From assembly GCA_022340245.1 (NCBI GenBank), contig JAJDOI010000022.1:2394-66393 (forward strand): a DNA stretch of 64,000 nt, written 5' to 3'. The notes under the pieces were generated by a model. It did no database searches, was not told the DNA's origin, and saw nothing but the letters and a program-made list of their open reading frames with translations. The stretch is from Thiogranum sp. (GTDB taxonomy: Bacteria; Pseudomonadota; Gammaproteobacteria; DSM-19610). How positions within the stretch are numbered: the stretch's first letter is position 1; each line of letters opens with the position of its first letter. Below are positions 48,928 to 57,761 of this stretch, piece by piece. A program made the position numbers and the translations under genes.

Positions 48928-49785
48928 TCAGCATCCTTCCCCTCCTTTGTGTGTGGGCACAGGCGCCTCCGGCTCAGTTTCAATGGCTGGCGTCTTCCGC
49001 GGACCCTGCTGACGCTGGTGCATCTGCGCAGGCGCCGCTTCCTTCTGAATGATGTAATAGGTGGACGTATTATCCTGCTTGAAAAACGAACCCGTGGGGA
49101 AAAACGCCAGTACGCCACCAATGACCAGCGCCAGTACCACCAGTGGCACCTCATATTTCAAGACCTGCTCAGGCTCCATGCTCTGGTCTTTCGGCGTAGA
49201 CCAGAACAGGTGCTGCCCCAGGCGCATCAACAGGCTGCCCGCGACGGCGGCAACGACCAGGATGAGTACAACCGATCCGAGATTCATACCGAACAACTCG
49301 TCCAGCCGGTAGACGCCCCGGTAATCGCTTTTGTAAAAATCACCCCACACGGGAAACAGGTCACCAAACAGGATAGAACCGCCGAGGAAGCCCACCACAA
49401 ACACCATGGCGTCGACCCGCCCGGTGGCGATAGAAGAAGCCGCGGTACCCGGGCAGAAACCGCCGATCGCCATGCCGATACCGAACAGCAGACCACCGAT
49501 CGCCATCGGCATCAGGTAGGTCGGCAGATAGTACATCTTCGATGTATCGATGAAGCCGGCAAGACTGAGCAGCCACAGGCCCAGCATGCCGGTGACAATG
49601 GCCGAAAACATGACCACCGGTACGCCGACATCCTTCAGGTAAAAGGCACGCGCAATCTTGCGGCTGTCGGTAAAACCAGCGTGATACAGAGCGAAACCGA
49701 AAACGAAACCGATGGGTACGGCCAGCCACAGGTTCGCGGCTTCGGAGATGACACCGGTTTTTACCAGTGGCGCGACTATATCCAT
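48928..49785 (-). CDS. YeeE/YedE-family sulfur(selenium)-compound transporter, second half-protein, with a Pro-rich tail ending in Cys
   Basis: The ATG at 49783-49785 gives 285 aa. It is polytopic with the family motif GGFCPGTA. The C-terminal tail is ...GPRKTPAIETEPEAPVPTHKGGEGC-stop. Confidence 0.85.
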   Translation of the reverse strand: MDIVAPLVKTGVISEAANLWLAVPIGFVFGFALYHAGFTDSRKIARAFYLKDVGVPVVMFSAIVTGMLGLWLLSLAGFIDTSKMYYLPTYLMPMAIGGLLFGIGMAIGGFCPGTAASSIATGRVDAMVFVVGFLGGSILFGDLFPVWGDFYKSDYRGVYRLDELFGMNLGSVVLILVVAAVAGSLLMRLGQHLFWSTPKDQSMEPEQVLKYEVPLVVLALVIGGVLAFFPTGSFFKQDNTSTYYIIQKEAAPAQMHQRQQGPRKTPAIETEPEAPVPTHKGGEGC

Positions 49786-50288
49786 TGCTTTCTCACGAAC
49801 CAGGCTGTCGCGAAACCACCAATGAAGATGCACAGCAGGAACGCCCATGATCCCACCGAAAGCTCGGCTGCCCCGACCAGTCCCTGGCCGCTGGTGCAGC
49901 CGCGCGCCAGGCGTGCGGCAAAACCGGTAATGGCGCCACCGATGAGTGCATAGACCAGACGTCCCGGTACGGAAATCCGTGGTCCGCGCTGCACCTCGAA
50001 GCGGAAATCACCACACGACCAGGCGCCGGCGAAAGCGCCGACCAGCAGGCCGATCATAAGGTAGCTGAGATAGTCGTTTAGCGGGTGGGCACCGTGGGCA
50101 AAGTAAGCGCTGAAATAGGCGCTCTTTTCCGTCAGTTCCGGCAGCACCCAGTGCTGCACGGTCGCCACCAGACGTGTCATCATGCCGCTCACGCCAATGC
50201 CCCGCCCGGCCACCACAAAGGTGAGCAACATGGAAATGCCTATCAAGATACCCGCCAACACCGGCGGAAAACGGCAACGCAGGTTCAT
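49776..50288 (-). CDS. YeeE/YedE-family transporter, first half-protein
   Basis: 170 aa, polytopic, with the motif LARGCTSGQG. It overlaps the second half-gene by 10 nt. Confidence 0.85.
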   Translation of the reverse strand: MNLRCRFPPVLAGILIGISMLLTFVVAGRGIGVSGMMTRLVATVQHWVLPELTEKSAYFSAYFAHGAHPLNDYLSYLMIGLLVGAFAGAWSCGDFRFEVQRGPRISVPGRLVYALIGGAITGFAARLARGCTSGQGLVGAAELSVGSWAFLLCIFIGGFATAWFVRKQWI

Positions 50289-50442
50289 TTACAGATCACC
50301 CCTCGTAACGTGCAGCCAGCTCACCAGCGACCGATACCCCAAACATCACGCAACAGCCGCCGCAAGGCCCGATTCACTATAATCAATATATCGCAGCTTT
50401 GCCAGCGAGCGGCAGACTGTTTTCCTTGTCTGCTGACACAGC

Positions 50443-51771
50443 TCAATAACCCGCCGGCGGGTCCAGGATATCGAGTTCGGCCCGCACCTGGTGCCGCATC
50501 TGGTCCCGAAAATTATTTATACCGGTGAAAAACTCGCGCATGGTGATCACCCACTGGTACTGGCCACGGCGAGTCAGGCGCATCTGGCCACCCTCGGTGT
50601 GTACTGCGCCGGTCAACCGCAGCAATAGCAATTCCTTCCACAGCAGGCGATGCAGTCGGCCCCGGTATTTCCGCTGCAGTGTATTAACGTCCATGTTCAG
50701 ACCGAACAGTGTCATGACCATGTCATAATACGCCTGATCGCGCAGGCTGAGCGGTCGCAGAGCGGTGATTGCCGAGCCCCGCTCGTCGATAAGGCGAGCG
50801 TAGCGGCGCAAGGAAAAGGTATTGGCGTACATTACACCATTCAGGTAGCTGAAAGAACCACTGCCTACACCGATGTAATCCGTGTCGGCGGCAATATACT
50901 CATCCACCAGCCCCGATTTTCGCGACAGACACCAGACCGAAGACAACTGGTAGCAGTCCCCCATAGATTGCCTGATAAGATCATAACAGAGCCGTTCGTT
51001 CTCCAGACTATAGGCGCCCATGGTATGCCGCATCGCGGAACCAGTTCGGCGCGACGTCATGAGCGGATACCAGGACACCTGATCGATGCCAATCAGGTCG
51101 CGCAGAATATGTACATCCTGCTGCAGCGACTGCGCCGTCTGCCCTGGCAGATTGAAAATCATATCCGCGTTCAGCGTGTCAAAGCGCCCGCCTGCTTCGA
51201 AGAGCCGTTGGGCAATCTGCTCACCGCTGCCGTAACTGTCATAGCGGCCCATTGCCCTGAGAAGCCGGTCGTCAAAGCTCTGTACACCGACAGAAACACG
51301 GTTGACGCCGACCTGTTTCAGGGTCCCGAATACCTCTTCACGTAGATGATTGGGGTTGGTCTCGATCGATATCTGTTGCACCGGAAACAGGCCGCGCACC
51401 AGTACCAGAGTTTCACACAATTCCTCAGTCAGCGCGGTCGGCGTGCCACCGCCGACATAGACCACCGACGGGTGGTAGCCGCGTTCCGCTACACAGCGGA
51501 TCTCACCTCTCAGCGCCCGAAAGTACGTCTTCGCCCGGTCGCGGTTCAGCAAGACCCGGTGGAAGGAACAGAAGGGACACAGCGACTCGCAGAAGGGGAC
51601 GTGGATGTACAACACGTCGGGCCCGCTCTGAGTCGCCTCGGGCAACGCCACGGGACCGCCGAGTTCGAAACGCATCTGCCGGGTGAACACACTGTGCAGG
51701 TAGTGGCCCAACAGCCGGTCGGCCCATCTCACGCAGCGTTCACCTGTCCCTGTCCGCGCATCCTGCCCCAA
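50443..51771 (-). CDS. HemN-like class C radical SAM enzyme (coproporphyrinogen dehydrogenase-like; candidate methyltransferase)
   Basis: 442 aa with the CX3CX2C cluster motif VPFCESLCPFCSF (51568-51591), VYVGGGTPT and a HemN_C-like C-terminal region. Which upstream Met is the start is uncertain. Confidence 0.85.
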   Translation of the reverse strand: MGQDARTGTGERCVRWADRLLGHYLHSVFTRQMRFELGGPVALPEATQSGPDVLYIHVPFCESLCPFCSFHRVLLNRDRAKTYFRALRGEIRCVAERGYHPSVVYVGGGTPTALTEELCETLVLVRGLFPVQQISIETNPNHLREEVFGTLKQVGVNRVSVGVQSFDDRLLRAMGRYDSYGSGEQIAQRLFEAGGRFDTLNADMIFNLPGQTAQSLQQDVHILRDLIGIDQVSWYPLMTSRRTGSAMRHTMGAYSLENERLCYDLIRQSMGDCYQLSSVWCLSRKSGLVDEYIAADTDYIGVGSGSFSYLNGVMYANTFSLRRYARLIDERGSAITALRPLSLRDQAYYDMVMTLFGLNMDVNTLQRKYRGRLHRLLWKELLLLRLTGAVHTEGGQMRLTRRGQYQWVITMREFFTGINNFRDQMRHQVRAELDILDPPAGY

Positions 51772-51872
51772 TGATTGTCATTCTCCAACAGATCCAATTT
51801 CCATTCATTAGGGACCCCAGGCCATCGGCCCAAGTTCAGGAACGAGTGAAGGGAAAATACCCCACCTACGCG

Positions 51873-52082
51873 TCATGTTGGCTCATGGCGCAGGAACAGG
51901 CTTGCAAATTCACCCATGCGCAACAAATCCTGCCAGGACAGATGTGGTAACACCGGCAGTTGCAGCACACACCACTGCCACTGGTGCGCGGGTATCCGCT
52001 TGCCCCGCAGCAGGTGCTGGCGCCACCAGCGCCGCACCCTGCTCAATATGACGTGCCCGCCTGCATCCCCGCAAGTACCCAT
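51873..52082 (-). pseudogene. 5' fragment of an MtfA (peptidase M90) family gene
   Basis: The 69-codon ORF ...RIPAHQWQWCVLQLPVLPHLSWQDLLRMGEFASLFLRHE parallels the E. coli MtfA N-terminus ([34 protein letters not shown]). The ORF stops there, and the protease domain (HExxH) is absent from the about 100 bp that follow. Confidence 0.4.
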
Positions 52083-52097
52083 ATGCTGCTCAGGCGA

Positions 52098-55000
52098 CTA
52101 ATGGTCAGCAGCATGAACAGCTAACATGCGATTCCGCATCAACGCGTAATACATCACCGGAATCACCACCAGCGTCAGCACCGTCGATACCAGGAGGCCG
52201 AAGATCAGCGCAATCGCCAGGCCGCGGAATATTGGGTCATCGAGTATGAACAGCGCCCCCAGAATCGCCGCCAGACCGGTCAGGATAATCGGCTTGGCGC
52301 GAATCGCGCCGGCACGCACCACGGCATCGTCGAAGGACACACCGCGGGCAATTTCCTCGTTGATGAAATCAACCAGTAAAATGGAATTGCGGACGATGAT
52401 ACCCGCCAAGGCGATCATGCCGATCATAGAGGTCGCGGTGAACTGCGCGCCCAGTAACGCATGCCCCGGCATTACGCCGATGATTGTCAGTGGAATCGGC
52501 GCCATGATGATCAGTGGAACAAGGTACGAGCGGAACTGCGCTACCACCAGCAGGTAGATCAGAATCAGGCCAACCGAATAGGCGATACCCATGTCGCGGA
52601 ACGTTTCATAGGTAATCTGCCATTCGCCGTCCCATTTCAGGCTGTAGCGATAGGGGTTGCCCGGCGGCCGTATAAAGTGCTGTTCGATCGCTTCGCCGTA
52701 CAGCGACAACTGGTTCCTGATAGCCGCGTAGATCTCCGCCATGCCGTACAGCGGGCTGTCGAGCTCGCCGGCCATGTCGCCGGTGACAAACACCACGGGC
52801 AACAAATCCTTGTGGTAGATAGATCGCTCAATGGTCGACTGCCTGACGGAGACGAACTCGGACAACGGCACGAGGCCACCGTCGCGCGAGGCCACTTTCA
52901 GCGCCAGTACATCGTCCATCCCGGCTTTGTCCGCGACCGGCAGTTCCAGGCGAATGGCCACCGGGTACTTGGCGTTCGGATCGTGCAGATAACTGGCATC
53001 CTCTCCATTCAACAGGGTGCTGACGGCCTTGACCACGGTCTGCTGGCTCACGCCGAGGCGGGCTGCCTTCGACCGGTCCACCTGCACGATCCAGCGCGGC
53101 GCCGGGTATTCCACGCTGTCATCGATGTCGACGATGTCCGGCGTCGACTGAAACACGGCCTTGACCTGCGTGGCGACGTCGATCTGCCCGGCATAGTCCA
53201 GACCATAGATCTCGGCCACCAGCGGTGCCAGAACCGGCGGCCCCGGGGGCACCTCCGCCAGCTTGACCGCGGCGCCATAACGCTTGCCGATCTCGGCCAG
53301 CGGCCCGCGCACCGCCAGCGCGATGTCATGGCTCTTGCGATGGCGGCGTGACTTGTCGACCAGGTTCACCTGCAGGTCGCCGACGTTCGGGCCGCTGCGC
53401 AGGTAGTACTGGCGCACCAAGCCGTTGAAATTGATGGGCGCGGCAGTACCCGCGTAAATCTGGTAGTCGGCTACTTCAGGCACAGTATTGATGTATTGTC
53501 CCAGTTCCGTCAGCACCCGGTTGGTCTGTTCCAGCGGCGTGCCCTCGGGCATATCCACGACGACCTGGAACTCCGACTTGTTGTCGAAAGGCAGCATTTT
53601 CAGCACCACCAGCTTGAAGCCCGCGAGCCCGATCGACAGGGCAATCAGCACCAGGATAACCCCCAGCATCATGAAGCGGGCCCGGCGCCCCTGCGCGCCG
53701 CGCAGAAACGGCGTCAGCATCCGGGCGAAGAACGCCACCAGCCGACTGGTACCCGCACTGTCCGCGCCCGTATGACCGCCCTGCTGTTCACCGCGCAACA
53801 GCTTCAACGACATCCAGGGCGTCATCACCAGCGCCACCGCCAGTGAAATCAGCATACCCATACTGGCATTAATGGGTATCGGGCTCATGTAGGGGCCCAT
53901 GAGCCCGGTGACAAAAGCCATGGGCAACAGCGCAGCAATAACCGTGAAGGTCGCGAGAATGGTGGGCCCACCGACCTCGTCAACCGCGCGCGGGATAGCC
54001 TGCACCAGGTTGAGGTTGCCCATCTGCATATGCCGGTGAATGTTTTCCACCACCACGACGGCATCGTCAACCAGGATACCAATGGAGAATATGAGTGCGA
54101 ACAGCGAAACGCGGTTCAGCGTAAAACCCCAGGCCCAGGAGGCGAACAGCGTGATCGCCAGGGTGATGATAACGGCCGAACCGACGATAATGGCTTCGCG
54201 CCAGCCCAGACTGAAGATCACCAGCAGGACCACCGAGGCGGTGGCGAAAATCAGCTTTTTGATCAGCGTCTGGGCTTTCTGGTTCGCCGTAACCCCGTAG
54301 TTGCGGGTCACCCGCGCGTGTATCCCGTCGGGGATAAAAATCCCCTGCATGGCTTGCATGCGCGCTATGACCTGGTCGGCGATCTCAACCGCGTTGGTGC
54401 CGGGCTGCTTGGCAATGGCAAGCGTTACCGCCGGCTGCACGCCGGCGGTAACGCTTGCCTCATCGCCCGCCGGTCCGCTGCCATACCAGACATACTGTTC
54501 CGGTTGGTCCGACCCACGCCCGACATCGGCAACATCGCGCAGGTAGACGGGCGCGTTGTCGCGCATCGCCACCACCAGTCCGGCCACCTCCTCGGGGGAA
54601 CGGAACAATTCTCCGGCCTTGATACGGATGTCGCGGTTGTCGGAAACCAGTGAACCCGCCGCGACCGACTGGTTGGCCGCCTGCAAGGCGTTGCGCAGAT
54701 CGGCGAGTGAAATCCCGTAGCCCGCGAGACGCTGCGGATCCAGCAGCACATGCACCACCGGCTGCGGACCGCCGATGGTATAGATATCGCGGGTTCCCGG
54801 TACACGCTTCAATTCAACTTCGAGTGTGTGCGCCACACTGCGCAGTTCAGCCGCACCCTGATGCGGGTCATCGCTCCACAGCGTGACCGCCACAATGGGC
54901 ACGTCATCGATACCTTTGGGTTTTACCAGCGGCTGACCGACGCCTATGCCCGCCGGCAACCAGTCCTGATTGGAGTAAAGTGCGTTATAAAGGCGCACAA

Positions 55001-55334
55001 TGGCTTCGGTACGCTGTTCGCCAACCTCGAACTCAACGGTCAGAACAGCCAGACCCGGACGTGAGGTCGAGTAGATATGCTTGACGCCCTCTATCTCCGA
55101 CAACACCTGCTCGGCCGACGAGGTCACCAGCTGCTCGACCTGACGGGCCGAAGCGCCCGGAAAGGGAATGAACACGTTGGCGAAAGTGACATCGATCTGC
55201 GGCTCTTCTTCGCGGGGCGTGACCGCGATGGCGAACAGGCCCAGCAACAAACCCAGCAAGGCCAGCAGCGGCGTGATTTCGGTCTGCAGGAACTGCCGGG
55301 CCACACGCCCGGAGAAACCGAGCCGGTCAGTCAT
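52098..55334 (-). CDS. RND-family efflux transporter permease (AcrB/AcrD/AcrF superfamily)
   Basis: The ATG at 55332-55334 gives 1078 aa in a 12-TM architecture with two large periplasmic loops. There is an 8-nt overlap with the adaptor gene. Confidence 0.93.
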   Translation of the reverse strand: MTDRLGFSGRVARQFLQTEITPLLALLGLLLGLFAIAVTPREEEPQIDVTFANVFIPFPGASARQVEQLVTSSAEQVLSEIEGVKHIYSTSRPGLAVLTVEFEVGEQRTEAIVRLYNALYSNQDWLPAGIGVGQPLVKPKGIDDVPIVAVTLWSDDPHQGAAELRSVAHTLEVELKRVPGTRDIYTIGGPQPVVHVLLDPQRLAGYGISLADLRNALQAANQSVAAGSLVSDNRDIRIKAGELFRSPEEVAGLVVAMRDNAPVYLRDVADVGRGSDQPEQYVWYGSGPAGDEASVTAGVQPAVTLAIAKQPGTNAVEIADQVIARMQAMQGIFIPDGIHARVTRNYGVTANQKAQTLIKKLIFATASVVLLVIFSLGWREAIIVGSAVIITLAITLFASWAWGFTLNRVSLFALIFSIGILVDDAVVVVENIHRHMQMGNLNLVQAIPRAVDEVGGPTILATFTVIAALLPMAFVTGLMGPYMSPIPINASMGMLISLAVALVMTPWMSLKLLRGEQQGGHTGADSAGTSRLVAFFARMLTPFLRGAQGRRARFMMLGVILVLIALSIGLAGFKLVVLKMLPFDNKSEFQVVVDMPEGTPLEQTNRVLTELGQYINTVPEVADYQIYAGTAAPINFNGLVRQYYLRSGPNVGDLQVNLVDKSRRHRKSHDIALAVRGPLAEIGKRYGAAVKLAEVPPGPPVLAPLVAEIYGLDYAGQIDVATQVKAVFQSTPDIVDIDDSVEYPAPRWIVQVDRSKAARLGVSQQTVVKAVSTLLNGEDASYLHDPNAKYPVAIRLELPVADKAGMDDVLALKVASRDGGLVPLSEFVSVRQSTIERSIYHKDLLPVVFVTGDMAGELDSPLYGMAEIYAAIRNQLSLYGEAIEQHFIRPPGNPYRYSLKWDGEWQITYETFRDMGIAYSVGLILIYLLVVAQFRSYLVPLIIMAPIPLTIIGVMPGHALLGAQFTATSMIGMIALAGIIVRNSILLVDFINEEIARGVSFDDAVVRAGAIRAKPIILTGLAAILGALFILDDPIFRGLAIALIFGLLVSTVLTLVVIPVMYYALMRNRMLAVHAADH

Positions 55335-56403
55335 GGGCCGACCCGGCGCGCTGTTGCTTGAGACGGATACCGGCGGCCACCGGGTCCAGCGCAATCCGTT
55401 CACCCGCTTCAAGCCCGGCCAGCACCACCGTCAGGTCATCCGACATGTCGCGCCCGAGCCGCAATTGGCGAAAGTGCAGCCCGCCGTCCTTAGCGACGAC
55501 ATACACGCCGGTGACCTCGCTGCGATGCACGACCGCCTCGCTGGGGACCACCAGGTAGGTCTTCTTACCGATACTGAAAGCGACCTTGACCAGCATACCC
55601 GGATACAGTCCGTACTGGTCTTCGGGCAGATCCACGCGCACGGTAAAGGTATGGCTGGCGGGGTCGGCATAGGGGAAGAACGTAAACCGCTCGCTCTCTA
55701 CCCAGCGCCCGTCGGGAATCGCCACCCGCGCCCGCGCGTCCTCGCGGATCTGTTGCGCATACCGGGCCGGCACCTCGGCCTTGACCCGCAGCTTCTCCAG
55801 CGACAGTCCGGCAACCAGTTTGCTCCCCACCTGCACCTGTTCACCGAGTTCGACAAAGCGTTCAATCATCACCCCGTCGAACGGCGCCCGCACCGTCGTA
55901 TACGCCAATTGTTCGCGAGCCTGCTCGAGCGCCGCCGCCGTCGACTTCACCTGGGCACTCGCCGATTTCATATCCGCTTCGGACTTGTCCAGTTGCGACT
56001 TGCTGACGGCATTGTCCTTGATCAGGCGCTTGTTGCGCTGGTAATTGGACTGGGCCTCCTCGAACCGCGCCTGCGCCCTGGCGGCATCGGCCGTGGCCTT
56101 GTCCAGCTCCGCCTTCTGCCGCGTGTCATCGATACGCAGCACGAGTGCGCCCTTGGGAACGAGGTCGTTGACATCATAGGGCAGCTCGACAATTTCACCG
56201 GATGTCTGTGAGGACACGGTGGACCGGGACACCGCCTCGACAACACCGTCGAAAAGCTGTTCGTCGGTGAGCTCTCGATAGTTGACCTCGGCTGTCTTGA
56301 CAGCCGGCAGCGCAGCCTGCGCGTTGCCCCACAGAAGCGTCAGCATCAGGAGAAAACCGGGAATGCATGTACCGAGACCGGTACCGGGAATCATGCGTGA
56401 CAC
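55327..56403 (-). CDS. RND efflux periplasmic adaptor (membrane fusion protein)
   Basis: 358 aa with a signal/anchor (LLMLTLLWGNAQA), a coiled-coil hairpin (AELDKATADAARAQARFEEAQSNYQRNKRL...) and lipoyl and beta-barrel segments. Confidence 0.9.
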   Translation of the reverse strand: MSRMIPGTGLGTCIPGFLLMLTLLWGNAQAALPAVKTAEVNYRELTDEQLFDGVVEAVSRSTVSSQTSGEIVELPYDVNDLVPKGALVLRIDDTRQKAELDKATADAARAQARFEEAQSNYQRNKRLIKDNAVSKSQLDKSEADMKSASAQVKSTAAALEQAREQLAYTTVRAPFDGVMIERFVELGEQVQVGSKLVAGLSLEKLRVKAEVPARYAQQIREDARARVAIPDGRWVESERFTFFPYADPASHTFTVRVDLPEDQYGLYPGMLVKVAFSIGKKTYLVVPSEAVVHRSEVTGVYVVAKDGGLHFRQLRLGRDMSDDLTVVLAGLEAGERIALDPVAAGIRLKQQRAGSAHD

Positions 56404-56580
56404 TTCACACCTCGCTCACACCGATGAATTTACTCTATTATTCGGTCATCGCCCGCAAATGGCAACGACCCTTGCGGGCTCGCGCCGGCGTATAATAATG
56501 GTGGGCTTTCCGCTAGACTAGGCTGTCATGTTGTTTTTTCTTCAACCCTGCGCTGCTACAACGTTGCCGGAACCGCGCAA

Positions 56581-57744
56581 GTGAAAATCCTGGCAGCTCC
56601 CAACGCCTTCAAAGGTTCGCTCAGCGCCGCGCAAGCCGCAGAAGCCATGCGCAGCGGCATTCATCGCGCCCTGGCTGATGCCGATGTCCGGATGATCCCG
56701 GTCGCCGACGGCGGCGACGGCCTGCTGCAAACCCTGGAAATCCCCCTGGCGGCCGAACGCATCGAACAACGCGTCCGGGGCCCGTTGGGCGACGACACCC
56801 GGGCCACCTTTCTTTACAGTGCTTCGCGCCGGCTGGCGATTATAGAGATGGCCACGGCTTCCGGCCTCGCACTGCTACCTGCCGACCACCTCGACGCCAT
56901 GCACGCTTCCAGCGAAGGTGTCGGCCAGTTGATCAGCGCCGCTCTGGATCTGGGTGCGGGTCAGATCGTCCTCGGCATCGGCGGCAGCGCGACAACCGAC
57001 GGCGCCACGGGCCTGGCTACGGCGCTGGGCATGCGCTTTCTGGATGAACACAACAAACCCTTGCGCGGCGAGGGTGCCAGCTTGCAGCACATACGCCGGA
57101 TTGACCGCAACAACCTCGACGAGCGCCTGGCCAGCGTCCACCTGGAGGTCGCCTGCGATGTGGAGAACCCGCTGCTCGGCAGCGAGGGGGCCGCACGGGT
57201 CTACGCACCGCAAAAAGGCGCATCGCACAACGATATCGAGCAGCTGGAGAAAGGTCTGGCGAATCTGGCGGATGTGATAGAGCGCCAATTCGGCGTCGAT
57301 GTGCGCGACATGCCCGGCGGCGGTGCCGCTGGCGGTATGGGCGCAGGCCTCAAGGCCTTGTTCAATGCCGAGCTTAAACCGGGCGCCGAGTTGGTCCTGG
57401 AATTGCTGCAGGTCGAAGCAGCGATCGTTAACGCCGATCTGGTGCTGACCGGCGAAGGCCGGCTCGACTACCAGACGCGTTTCGGCAAGGCTCCCGGCGC
57501 CGTCGCGGCGCTCGCCGCCAGACACAAGGTGCCCTGCATCGCCATAGCGGGCATGCTGGACGAGACCGCTTATACTCTGAATGACGTCGGTTTCGCCGCC
57601 GTATTCAGCCTCTGCCCGGGACCGGTTCCCCTGGCGGACGCGGTCGAACATGCAGCCAGGTATCTGGCACTGACGACGGAACAGGTTGTCCGTTGCATGC
57701 AGCCGGCGTCGCACGGCAACGCCTCCGACAGCGATGATTGTTAA
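56581..57744 (+). CDS. Glycerate kinase (GlxK/GarK class)
   Basis: 387 aa with a GTG start: KILAAPNAFKGSLSAAQAA, VADGGDG, GIGGSATTDGATG, LTGEGRLDYQT. Confidence 0.9.
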   Translation: MKILAAPNAFKGSLSAAQAAEAMRSGIHRALADADVRMIPVADGGDGLLQTLEIPLAAERIEQRVRGPLGDDTRATFLYSASRRLAIIEMATASGLALLPADHLDAMHASSEGVGQLISAALDLGAGQIVLGIGGSATTDGATGLATALGMRFLDEHNKPLRGEGASLQHIRRIDRNNLDERLASVHLEVACDVENPLLGSEGAARVYAPQKGASHNDIEQLEKGLANLADVIERQFGVDVRDMPGGGAAGGMGAGLKALFNAELKPGAELVLELLQVEAAIVNADLVLTGEGRLDYQTRFGKAPGAVAALAARHKVPCIAIAGMLDETAYTLNDVGFAAVFSLCPGPVPLADAVEHAARYLALTTEQVVRCMQPASHGNASDSDDC

Positions 57745-57761
57745 CCGTCCTTTGGACCTCG

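Noticed and set aside
52098-56403. RND permease plus adaptor without an adjacent outer-membrane factor, considered as an anomaly.
   Set aside because: Two-gene RND operons that borrow a TolC-like protein encoded elsewhere are common. Nothing else is unusual in the sequences.
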